DNA from: Clostridia bacterium | Lineage (GTDB): Bacteria > Bacillota > Clostridia > UBA1381 | Length of the DNA: 62,315 bases | Assembly: GCA_017483065.1 (NCBI GenBank) | Contig: JAFULX010000002.1 | Location: forward strand, 1-62,315 | Direction: 5' to 3' | Shown here: piece by piece, positions 1 through 6,869 of the stretch | Position numbering within the stretch: the first letter of the stretch is position 1 | Layout: every line of letters starts with the position of its first letter | Program-made: the position numbers and the translations under genes | The notes under the pieces: model-generated | Database searches by the model: none | Told to the model about the DNA's origin: nothing | The model's input: only the letters and a program-made list of their open reading frames with translations

Positions 1-122
1 ATACTGGCAGCTGGTCAGCGGCTACCAATACTGGCTACAAGTCAGCGGCTACCAATACTGGCTACAAGTCAGCGGCTACCAATACTGGCGACTATTCAGC
101 GGCTACCAATACTGGCAGCTGG
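1..122 (+). repeat. Tail end of the 27-nt tandem repeat array (see 35544..36083)
   Basis: gctaccaatactggc-NNNNNN-tcagcg units read directly. Confidence 0.9.
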
Positions 123-347
123 TCAGCGGCTACGGTTGAGGGCAAAGAAAGTTTTGCAATTGCAACAGGTATAGAAAGCAAAGTAAAGGGAAAATTAGGT
201 TGCTATATAGCAGTTGCAGAATGGGAAGAAACAGAAGACGGCTATAAGCTTGTTGGTTTCAAATCGCACAAAGTAGACGGCAAAACAATTAAGCCTGATA
301 CGTTCTATAGACTTAAAAACGGAAAATTTGAGAAAGTGGAGGACTGA
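1..347 (+). CDS. 3' part of nonapeptide-repeat protein (complete copy at 35214..36308)
   Basis: Same frame and sequence as 35962..36308; window begins inside the 27-nt repeat array. Confidence 0.8.
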   Translation, partial: TGSWSAATNTGYKSAATNTGYKSAATNTGDYSAATNTGSWSAATVEGKESFAIATGIESKVKGKLGCYIAVAEWEETEDGYKLVGFKSHKVDGKTIKPDTFYRLKNGKFEKVED

Positions 348-351
348 AAAA

Positions 352-657
352 ATGAACGCACGGACAAAGGAAAAGCTGATAGTCACAGGATGGAAGATAT
401 TCTGGAAGTCAATGCAGATTGTTATGACAGTCTTATCAGTGGTGTCAACGATATTGGCTCTGTGGAATTGGTCTTACAGCACAAGAGGCTACGGAGCAAT
501 AGGTGGCGAAATTATACTCGCATTTATTGTCGCTTTTGTAGTGTGGAAAGCAATGGGAATTATAGCTGACTGGCATAAGTCGGTAAGAACCGAAGAAGAA
601 ACGGCAATCAAGATTATATGCGAGGGTAGAGAGTTTATCATCAGAGAAAGGAAGTAA
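352..657 (+). CDS. Small membrane protein, unknown function
   Basis: ATG 352 follows GGAGG (338-342); hydrophobic stretches IVMTVLSVVSTILALW and IILAFIVAFVVW; track ORF 328..657 uses an upstream TTG. Confidence 0.6.
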   Translation: MNARTKEKLIVTGWKIFWKSMQIVMTVLSVVSTILALWNWSYSTRGYGAIGGEIILAFIVAFVVWKAMGIIADWHKSVRTEEETAIKIICEGREFIIRERK

Positions 658-661
658 GGAT

Positions 662-1123
662 ATGAATTATATTTGTGAAAATTGTCGAGCGTTAGTGGAT
701 GAATCCGAGCTCGTCTACACATCTAATAAGTATGGAGAGTTTTACAAGCGAGAAAGAGTCTGCCCGAACTGTCACAGTACCGAGATTTGTTATGCCGTCA
801 CTTGTGATTGTTGCGGAGAAGAGTACAGCGAGTACGAATGTGAAAACATCTGTGAAGAATGCAAAGAGAAAGCCGCTTCTGATTGGAGAATAATCTATGA
901 AGCTGAAAAGCAGATAGGCGATGCAGAGCAAACATCTGTGAATCCGCTTATATATGCCGTTCTTGGCGAGGATGCCATAAAAGAAATACTGGAAAAGGCG
1001 TTCTTCGAGACGATGTATTCCGCCATCCATCCCGATATAAATGCTATATGCAGAGATTTAATCGCTACCAAAGAGAGCGAGTATGCGGATGTTCTCCCTG
1101 AACTTCTGAAGCCGAAAAAGTGA
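662..1123 (+). CDS. Cys-rich zinc-ribbon protein, unknown function
   Basis: 153-aa ORF with CxxC pairs (CENC, CPNC, CDCC, CEEC); tightly follows previous gene. Confidence 0.6.
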   Translation: MNYICENCRALVDESELVYTSNKYGEFYKRERVCPNCHSTEICYAVTCDCCGEEYSEYECENICEECKEKAASDWRIIYEAEKQIGDAEQTSVNPLIYAVLGEDAIKEILEKAFFETMYSAIHPDINAICRDLIATKESEYADVLPELLKPKK

Positions 1124-1133
1124 TGATAACCGA

Positions 1134-1163
1134 GTAGGGCGGTATATCCCTGCATAATTTTTT
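1134..1163 (+). terminator. Weak terminator-like hairpin (part of a conserved 27-nt element)
   Basis: gtaggg-cggtatat-ccctgc stem-loop, then ataa + T6; T-run is offset by 4 nt so efficiency is uncertain. Confidence 0.35.
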
Positions 1164-1193
1164 AAAAAAGTGTTATTTTTTTGGAAAAAAGTG

Positions 1194-1222
1194 TTGACAA
1201 ATGAGCGAAAATATGTTATTAT
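1194..1222 (+). promoter_or_regulatory. Sigma-A-type promoter P1 (extended -10)
   Basis: TTGACA (1194-1199), 17-nt spacer, TGt-TATTAT (1217-1222); A/T-tract upstream; second copy at 37155. Confidence 0.75.
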
Positions 1223-1268
1223 ATATGCAGATGATAAAACATTTGATATTTATTAGGAGGCAACTGAA

Positions 1269-1607
1269 ATGAAGTTCTATGAAACCTACGATTACAAGAC
1301 CAAGCGAAATTTTTGGTAGACACAAAGAGATGTCGAGGGAAGATGTGCCGAAATCAGAAAGAATGATAATGGCAAGTTTGAACTGCTGATTTGCGAAATT
1401 TACAAGTCTACCCACAACAGTCTGCAAGAAGCGATGGACGAATCCGAGAAATATGTCGGAAATCATATTGTTGGCATACACGAAGAAAAGAAAGGCAAAT
1501 GGGTAGAAAGAAAAAATCGTTCTCCTTATTGTTCTTTATGCGGGGCTGTTGGAGATGGCGGAAATTATTGTAGCCATTGTGGTGCAAAAATGATTAAGGG
1601 CGGCTAA
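1269..1607 (+). CDS. Hypothetical protein with C-terminal zinc ribbon; frame contains an in-frame TAG at 1317..1319
   Basis: AGGAGG 8 nt upstream of ATG 1269; 16 codons, TAG, then 95 further open codons in the same frame ending CSLCG...CSHCGAKMIKGG-TAA. Confidence 0.45.
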
Positions 1608-1635
1608 CAACCGCCCACAGATAAAGGAGGCAAAT

Positions 1636-1794
1636 ATGCGATATTTCGTAAAATCTCATTTTCACGGATGGTGCGAGGTGGACGAGGAACACTACAACAA
1701 ATTTGTTGACAACATCTTGAAAAATGCAACAGGATTAAAATCCGAGCAGAAGAAAGACTATATCAAGCAGGTAACGGCTACGAAAGGAGCGTAA
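1636..1794 (+). CDS. Hypothetical protein (52 aa)
   Basis: AAAGGAGG RBS 1623-1630, ATG 1636, TAA 1792; below the track length cutoff, translated by hand. Confidence 0.55.
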   Translation: MRYFVKSHFHGWCEVDEEHYNKFVDNILKNATGLKSEQKKDYIKQVTATKGA

Positions 1795-1796
1795 AA

Positions 1797-1955
1797 ATGA
1801 CTTGGTTTTTGATTGATAAAGAATCGAGAAACATAGTCGCTGAATGCGAAACAGAAGCAGAGGCAGTCGGTTTTATGATAAGAGCCGAGGAGTTCGACAG
1901 AAAGCGAAATATGTTCGTTCCTGATTCTTACGATATTATTTGCGAAAGAAGGTGA
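1797..1955 (+). CDS. Hypothetical protein (52 aa)
   Basis: ATG 1797 two nt after previous stop, GGAG upstream; translated by hand. Confidence 0.5.
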   Translation: MTWFLIDKESRNIVAECETEAEAVGFMIRAEEFDRKRNMFVPDSYDIICERR

Positions 1956-1959
1956 TAGA

Positions 1960-2118
1960 GTGTACAAGAAGCCAGCAGGAACGCAAAGGAGAGAAACGGT
2001 CACTATCGTACTTTCCGCAGACGAAAAAAAGCTCATTGAAAAACGAGCGATGGAAAAGGGACTAAACAGGTCGGCGTATATCCGATTTGTTCTGCTGAAG
2101 GAGAAAGACGATGGCTAA
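1960..2118 (+). CDS. Ribbon-helix-helix (RHH/MobC-like) DNA-binding protein (52 aa)
   Basis: GTG start; TVTIVLSADEKKLIEKRAMEKGLNRSAYIRFVL matches beta-strand + two-helix RHH pattern; stop overlaps next start (ATGGCTAA). Confidence 0.5.
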   Translation: MYKKPAGTQRRETVTIVLSADEKKLIEKRAMEKGLNRSAYIRFVLLKEKDDG

Positions 2119-2329
2119 TTTCGAGTCGGGGGTAAGCGGATATATTAAGGCGAAGGCGGTAGTCGAGGTGAATTTCCCAGTTGATGAAAAAGGAAGTGTT
2201 TGTATCGCTTGTAAGTACTGCCCTTATTTATCAAGCAATGAGCGAATGTGCCAGTTAAACAAGATGCCCGTAGCATTTCCGCTGAAGTACATCGGGCAGT
2301 ATTGCCCATTACAATTTGAGGAGGACTAA
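2111..2329 (+). CDS. Cys-rich hypothetical protein
   Basis: 72-aa ORF, translationally coupled on both sides; CIACKYCP...C...CP motif. Confidence 0.6.
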   Translation: MANFESGVSGYIKAKAVVEVNFPVDEKGSVCIACKYCPYLSSNERMCQLNKMPVAFPLKYIGQYCPLQFEED

Positions 2330-2333
2330 ACAA

Positions 2334-2879
2334 ATGAGTGATTTCTTAAAGCGTGTCAGTATGGCACAGAATGAGTTAAAAGCACCTAAAAGCCAGTACA
2401 ACAGCTTCGGCAAGTACAATTACCGTTCTTGCGAGGATATTTTGGAGGCGGCAAAGCCTGTATGCAGTAAGTACAATATATTGCTAAAGCTTTCCGACAA
2501 AGTGGTGCAGGTAGGAGAAAGATATTATATTGAAGCGACAGCGACTTTGTATGATATTGATAGCGATAGTGATATATACATAGAAAGCACGGCATCAGCG
2601 AGGGAGGCGGACGGTAAAAAAGGAATGGACGAAAGCCAAGTGACAGGAACGGCATCGAGCTACGCAAGAAAGTATGCTCTTAACGGCTTATTCAACATCG
2701 ATGACACAAAAGATGCAGATACCAACGAACACAAGAAAATGACATCTTATTTCTGTTCCGAATGCGGAGCAGAAATCAAGCCGATAAAGAAAGCGGATAG
2801 GATAATACCTGCACAAGAGGTACATTCTAACTGCGGTGGCTTATGTGTAGGTTGTTGGAACGCAAAAAACAAAAAGTAA
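2334..2879 (+). CDS. ERF-family single-strand annealing recombinase with C-terminal zinc ribbon
   Basis: GAGGAGG RBS then ATG 2334; KYNYRSCEDILEAAKP...GMDESQVTGTASSYARKYALNGLFNIDD is the ERF signature; CSECG...CVGC tail. Confidence 0.75.
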   Translation: MSDFLKRVSMAQNELKAPKSQYNSFGKYNYRSCEDILEAAKPVCSKYNILLKLSDKVVQVGERYYIEATATLYDIDSDSDIYIESTASAREADGKKGMDESQVTGTASSYARKYALNGLFNIDDTKDADTNEHKKMTSYFCSECGAEIKPIKKADRIIPAQEVHSNCGGLCVGCWNAKNKK

Positions 2880-2893
2880 GGAAGGCATAAACA

Positions 2894-3292
2894 ATGATTA
2901 ACAGAACTATTTTACAGGGCAGACTTACCGCTACGCCTGAAATAAGAACAACCCAAAGCGGTCACAAGGTGGCTAATTTCACAGTCGCTTGGAACGAAAA
3001 GTATGGAGAAAAGGAAACAAATCTCTTCCTTAATTGCACAGCTTGGAATGGGACAGCTGAGTTCGTCTGCAAGTATTTCAGCAAGGGACAGCAGATTATC
3101 GTTGAAGGCAAGCTTCAGACTAACAGCTTTACCGACAAGGACGGCAACAACAGAAGCATTATTGATTTATCCGTAGACGGAGTTTCTTTCTGTGGTAGCA
3201 AGAACGAAAATGCACCCACAACAGCACCTGCTGAAGTTACAGCAAAGTCAGTAGTTGTTCCCGTGGATGATGATGATTACCCTTTTGATTAA
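2894..3292 (+). CDS. ssb: Single-stranded DNA-binding protein
   Basis: MINRTILQGRLTATPEIR...NFTVAWN...IIVEGKLQTNSFTDKDG OB-fold pattern and acidic tail DDDDYPFD. Confidence 0.9.
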   Translation: MINRTILQGRLTATPEIRTTQSGHKVANFTVAWNEKYGEKETNLFLNCTAWNGTAEFVCKYFSKGQQIIVEGKLQTNSFTDKDGNNRSIIDLSVDGVSFCGSKNENAPTTAPAEVTAKSVVVPVDDDDYPFD

Positions 3293-3402
3293 AACCTAAA
3301 ATAAAGCGTTTTAAGGCGGTTTTGCTCTCGGCAGTATAATTTGCCTACAACGAGTTAGACCGCCCTTAAATCGCAAATTTCAATGGATTATAAGGAGAAA
3401 AA

Positions 3403-4215
3403 ATGATGTCCAAAACAAAAATTGAATTATATCACGACAATTTTCAAAATTTCAAGCGGTATAATATTCCGAAAGCACAGTTAGTTATTGCGGATATTCC
3501 GTATAACATCGGTGTAGATGCTTACGCAAGCAATCCTATGTGGTATGAGGGCGGCGACAATAAGAACGGCGAAAGCAAGCACGCCAAAAAATCCTTCTTT
3601 AGTTCTGACGGACTGTTTAAGATAGCGGAATATATGCACTTTTGCAACAGACTTTTGATAAAAGAGCCGAAAGAAAAGGGAAAAGCACCTGCAATGATTG
3701 TTTTCTGTGCCTTTGAACAAATACCAACAGTTATTGAGTATGGCAAAAAATACGGATTTGTGAACAATTATCCGCTTTTTTTCATCAAGAACTATTCTGC
3801 ACAGGTCTTAAAAGCAAATATGAAGATAGTCGGAGCGACTGAATATGCGGTTGTTTTGTATCGTGATAAGTTGCCGAAATTTAATAATGGAAGACAGTAT
3901 GACAAAGATGGCAAGGTTATCCGTGGTAGCGGTAAAATGGTCTTTGATTGGTTTGAGTGGAAACGGGACGGCAAGGAATATCCCAAAATCCACCCTACAC
4001 AGAAACCCGTCAATGTGTTAAAGCGGCTGATTGAGATTTTCACAGACGAGGGGGATGTAGTTATTGACCCTGTTGCAGGTAGCGGAGCTACTCTTCAGGC
4101 TTGTTCGGAATTAAACAGAAGTTGCTATGGATTTGAAGTTAGCAGGGAATTTTACAACAAAGCCATAGCAAATATGCCCTGCTTCTGCACGGAGCAAATT
4201 CGATTAGAGGTATAG
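3403..4215 (+). CDS. DNA methyltransferase (N6-adenine/N4-cytosine, beta-type motif order)
   Basis: Motif IV-like ADIPYN, then HPTQKPVNVLKRLIEIF and motif I DPVAGSGAT; ends in TAG. Confidence 0.8.
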   Translation: MMSKTKIELYHDNFQNFKRYNIPKAQLVIADIPYNIGVDAYASNPMWYEGGDNKNGESKHAKKSFFSSDGLFKIAEYMHFCNRLLIKEPKEKGKAPAMIVFCAFEQIPTVIEYGKKYGFVNNYPLFFIKNYSAQVLKANMKIVGATEYAVVLYRDKLPKFNNGRQYDKDGKVIRGSGKMVFDWFEWKRDGKEYPKIHPTQKPVNVLKRLIEIFTDEGDVVIDPVAGSGATLQACSELNRSCYGFEVSREFYNKAIANMPCFCTEQIRLEV

Positions 4216-4216
4216 T

Positions 4217-4786
4217 ATGAATTATAAGCAAATCTACGCACGAAAACGGGATAATGAAAAGCGGATAAAGGCAATCAGACCGAATATAAACAATGATAGC
4301 GGCATCTATGTCTTTTGGCGAGTTGATGAGAACGGCATAAAATGGTGCTATTGCGGACAGGCGAAGCACCTACTTGAACGAGTGGCTTCGCATCTGTCAG
4401 AGTATGACCATATCGGATTATCGCTTAAAAAGAGGAAATTCTATTCTGCTGAAAATCCTTGTGGATGGCATCTGACTTTCCAGAACTGCACCGAGGATAT
4501 GCTTGACGAAAGCGAACAGGCAACCATTAAAGCCTATGCAACAAACGGCTATCAGCTTTATAATCTTACGGCAGGTGGTCAAGGAAAAGGCAAGCAGGGA
4601 TTTGACGGCAAGAAGTCAGGGAAAACTTATCACGATGGATTAAGTCAGGGTAAGAAGAAAAGTCGAGAGCTTATTGCAGACTTGTTCTCCAAGCATCTTG
4701 ACGTCAGCACGAAGAAACAGCCACCGACAAAGTTACAGGAAAAAGCTCTGCAGAAGTTCTTGGAGTTTATCAGCCTTGATGACTGA
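4217..4786 (+). CDS. GIY-YIG nuclease-domain protein with Lys-rich C-terminus
   Basis: SGIYVFW...YCGQAKHLLERVASHL...ESEQATIKAY...GYQLYNLTAGG matches GIY / YxG / R / E / N catalytic pattern (I-TevI-like). Confidence 0.7.
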   Translation: MNYKQIYARKRDNEKRIKAIRPNINNDSGIYVFWRVDENGIKWCYCGQAKHLLERVASHLSEYDHIGLSLKKRKFYSAENPCGWHLTFQNCTEDMLDESEQATIKAYATNGYQLYNLTAGGQGKGKQGFDGKKSGKTYHDGLSQGKKKSRELIADLFSKHLDVSTKKQPPTKLQEKALQKFLEFISLDD

Positions 4787-4842
4787 AAGGGGGTGGATGC
4801 TATGTCAACAGGTATCGGAACAACCTTATTCTAATACCAAAA

Positions 4843-4876
4843 ATCGCCTTGATTTTATCGGGGCGATAATTTTTTT
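4843..4876 (+). terminator. Intrinsic terminator
   Basis: 11-bp stem atcgccttgat/atcggggcgat (two G-U pairs), 3-nt loop, then aa + T7. Confidence 0.75.
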
Positions 4877-4907
4877 AAAAAAATCTAAAAAATTTTTAGA
4901 AAAAGTG

Positions 4908-4936
4908 TTGACAAATCTATAAAAATATGTTATATT
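4908..4936 (+). promoter_or_regulatory. Sigma-A-type promoter P2 (extended -10), paralogous to P1/P7
   Basis: AAAAAGTGTTGACAAAT, 17-nt spacer, TGt-TATATT; upstream ttttttaaaaaa A/T tracts. Confidence 0.75.
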
Positions 4937-4992
4937 ATAATCACAGGAATAGAGCAAGAGAGCGGAAGCTTACAGACAGAAAGGAATAAATT

Positions 4993-5160
4993 ATGATACA
5001 TAAGTACAAAGGTTACAACATAGTGAAAACAGGTGCAAAGCGTTACCCGTGGAACATCTATAAAGATACTAATATCGGTTTTGGTGAATGGGTTGGCTTC
5101 GGTGGAACGTTAAAAGAATGCAAAGAAGCAATAGACGACGAATGTTTTGACAATGACTAA
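4993..5160 (+). CDS. Hypothetical protein (55 aa)
   Basis: GAAAGGA RBS, ATG 4993, TAA 5158; hand-translated MIHKYKGYNIVKTGAKRYPWNIY... Confidence 0.5.
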   Translation: MIHKYKGYNIVKTGAKRYPWNIYKDTNIGFGEWVGFGGTLKECKEAIDDECFDND

Positions 5161-5168
5161 AACAACAA

Positions 5169-5195
5169 AACCGAGCAGGGCGGTATATCCCTGCA
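5169..5195 (+). repeat. Conserved 27-nt stem-loop element (second copy of 1128..1154)
   Basis: aaccgagYagggcggtatatccctgca, 26/27 identical at both sites, each 5-9 nt after a stop codon; 6-bp stem, 8-nt loop. Confidence 0.7.
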
Positions 5196-5210
5196 GAAAG
5201 CGAGGGTATT

Positions 5211-5438
5211 ATGATTATTACAGCAAACGAAATTAAGGTAGGTACTAAACTTGCAGAGGCTGACGGTTATTTATTTGACGTTGTTGAGATAGTAAAAGAA
5301 ACGGCTAAAACAATTACTGTTCGACTTTGTTCTGATTTTTCACCTTGCCAAAACCTTTGGACTGTTAAGAAAAATGGTGAAAAAGGTGGAATAATTAAAA
5401 CATTCCGCAAATCTACCAGACTTTATGGTATCGCTTAA
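5211..5438 (+). CDS. Hypothetical protein
   Basis: 75-aa ORF, GAGGG RBS, stop overlaps next start (TAATG). Confidence 0.6.
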   Translation: MIITANEIKVGTKLAEADGYLFDVVEIVKETAKTITVRLCSDFSPCQNLWTVKKNGEKGGIIKTFRKSTRLYGIA

Positions 5439-5674
5439 TGGCAAAGCGATTTGAAAAAGCAAGGGAGTACACGGAAAAATATAAAGATGTGTTGCTTCCT
5501 TGCAAGTATTGTAAAAGCACAGATATAGTGATTACGTCACAAAAAATGTTCGGGGATAACAAAAACTATTGGTCGGTGTGTTGCTCGAATATCGGATGCG
5601 ATTGCACAGGCAACTTTACAAGTGTAAAAAAGGCGATAGAAAGTTGGAATGAACGGCAAGCAGAAAAGAGGTGA
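5438..5674 (+). CDS. Lar-family-like restriction alleviation zinc-ribbon protein
   Basis: LLPCKYCKS...CCSNIGCDC...SVKKAIESWNERQ resembles the Lar pattern (CxxC...C..C...A...WNxR). Confidence 0.55.
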   Translation: MAKRFEKAREYTEKYKDVLLPCKYCKSTDIVITSQKMFGDNKNYWSVCCSNIGCDCTGNFTSVKKAIESWNERQAEKR

Positions 5675-5678
5675 CAAA

Positions 5679-6014
5679 ATGCATAACTACGAAACAAGAC
5701 CGAAAAAGACAGAACATCTCCACACACGTATAACAAGTGAAACGAGGTCAGCTCTCGATATGTTGGCGGAAAAGCACAAGATTTCCGCATCAGCAGTCAT
5801 TGATATGTTGATAGCGGAAGAAGTCAAGAAAATTGAGAAAGGAGAAGAAACAACGGATGTTAAAGAAACGTTGGTAGAGTTGATACTCAATGTTGATAAC
5901 GATGAAAATCTCGGCTGGTATGATTTGTATGACTTAACGCACGAAAAAACGGGGTGTGCAAAATATTTTGCAGATTACCTCATTGCCCACGGCGTAACAG
6001 TGAAGGAGGAGTAG
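5679..6014 (+). CDS. RHH-like N-terminal domain protein with C-terminal YLIAHGVTV module
   Basis: AGAGGTG RBS then ATG 5679; LHTRITSETRSALDMLAEKHKISASAVIDMLI fits RHH; track ORF starts further upstream at 5649. Confidence 0.55.
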   Translation: MHNYETRPKKTEHLHTRITSETRSALDMLAEKHKISASAVIDMLIAEEVKKIEKGEETTDVKETLVELILNVDNDENLGWYDLYDLTHEKTGCAKYFADYLIAHGVTVKEE

Positions 6015-6017
6015 GCA

Positions 6018-6218
6018 TTGAAAGGATATATCGATAGTTTTGGACGTGATTGTTCGCCTTGTAAAACTTGTAAACATTATCAAAAAATGACTGTTGAAAG
6101 TCCTTGTTATTCTTGCATTGATAATGTTGATTTAGCGTTGCACAAGCCAAATTGTGAAACGGAATTTGCCAATTACGAGGCAAACTTTGCCGAAAGGAGA
6201 ATAAACAATGGATATTAA
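6018..6218 (+). CDS. Cys-rich hypothetical protein (TTG start)
   Basis: GAAGGAGGAG RBS 7 nt upstream of TTG 6018; CSPCKTC...CYSC zinc-ribbon-like. Confidence 0.5.
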   Translation: MKGYIDSFGRDCSPCKTCKHYQKMTVESPCYSCIDNVDLALHKPNCETEFANYEANFAERRINNGY

Positions 6219-6525
6219 GGAAAATTTGGTGGAGTTGCTGGATGTTATTATTCAGCCGGGACAAAAGACACTTGGTGATATTGCCGAATATCTTATCGCC
6301 CACGGCGTAACGGTGCAGGATTGGATTTCGGTCAAGGATAGGTTGCCAGAGGAAAAAGTGAATTGTATCGTACATTACAAACACGCTTATTGCAAAAATG
6401 ACGATTATTGGGCGATAGGTATAGCATCTTATGTTGATGAAATACAAGAATTTGTTGGAATAGACACTCGATATTATGTAATCACACATTGGATGCCGTT
6501 ACCTCAACCGCCGAAAGGAGAATAA
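6208..6525 (+). CDS. DUF551-like phage protein
   Basis: WISVKDRLPEE...ITHWMPLPQPPK matches the DUF551 pattern; N-terminus repeats the LVELL...YLIAHGVTV module of 5679..6014. Confidence 0.6.
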   Translation: MDIKENLVELLDVIIQPGQKTLGDIAEYLIAHGVTVQDWISVKDRLPEEKVNCIVHYKHAYCKNDDYWAIGIASYVDEIQEFVGIDTRYYVITHWMPLPQPPKGE

Positions 6526-6528
6526 GTG

Positions 6529-6699
6529 ATGAATAAATTCAGCGTAAGCACCACAAAAGGCTTCTTGAAATTAGAAAATGTTTTTCATGTGTTTTTGAAC
6601 AGCGATTATCGTTGTCTAACGGTTATGTATAAGTCAAACAATGAAGATGAAAAAATTCACATTCCTATAAGTGAAATAATCGAATTTAATATTGAATAA
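6529..6699 (+). CDS. Hypothetical protein (56 aa)
   Basis: AAAGGAG RBS, ATG 6529, TAA 6697; hand-translated. Confidence 0.45.
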   Translation: MNKFSVSTTKGFLKLENVFHVFLNSDYRCLTVMYKSNNEDEKIHIPISEIIEFNIE

Positions 6700-6713
6700 T
6701 TTCCAAAAATCTG

Positions 6714-6742
6714 TTGACATTCGGCAGGGGATGTGTTATAAT
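6714..6742 (+). promoter_or_regulatory. Sigma-A-type promoter P3 (extended -10)
   Basis: TTGACA (6714-6719), 17 nt, TGt-TATAAT (6737-6742); followed by a ~120-nt structured leader. Confidence 0.75.
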
Positions 6743-6869
6743 TAAGTAAAGGTTGATAGTATGTCGGTGCTGTCAATCAGTAATCAAATATTATCAGCCT
6801 ATAGCCTCTGCAATGACGATGCCGACACATCCGAGTTGCAGGGGATTTTATTTTAAGATGAGGTAAGCA

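Noticed and set aside
1317-1319. Genome-wide TAG reassignment (code 15-like), as in some gut phages.
   Set aside because: TAG terminates several well-supported genes at sensible boundaries (4213..4215, 6012..6014, 9386..9388, 28425..28427). Reading through the TAG in the terminase (13153) gives a nonsense tail ending 14 codons later.
3293-3402. Possible promoter (TTAAGG-18-TATAAT near 3311..3341) and a long-range inverted repeat (ttaaggcgg / ccgcccttaa) between ssb and the methyltransferase.
   Set aside because: The -35 is poor and the spacer is 18 nt, with no TGn. The inverted repeat has a ~45-nt loop and a bulge, and no T-run follows. Evidence is insufficient for a call.
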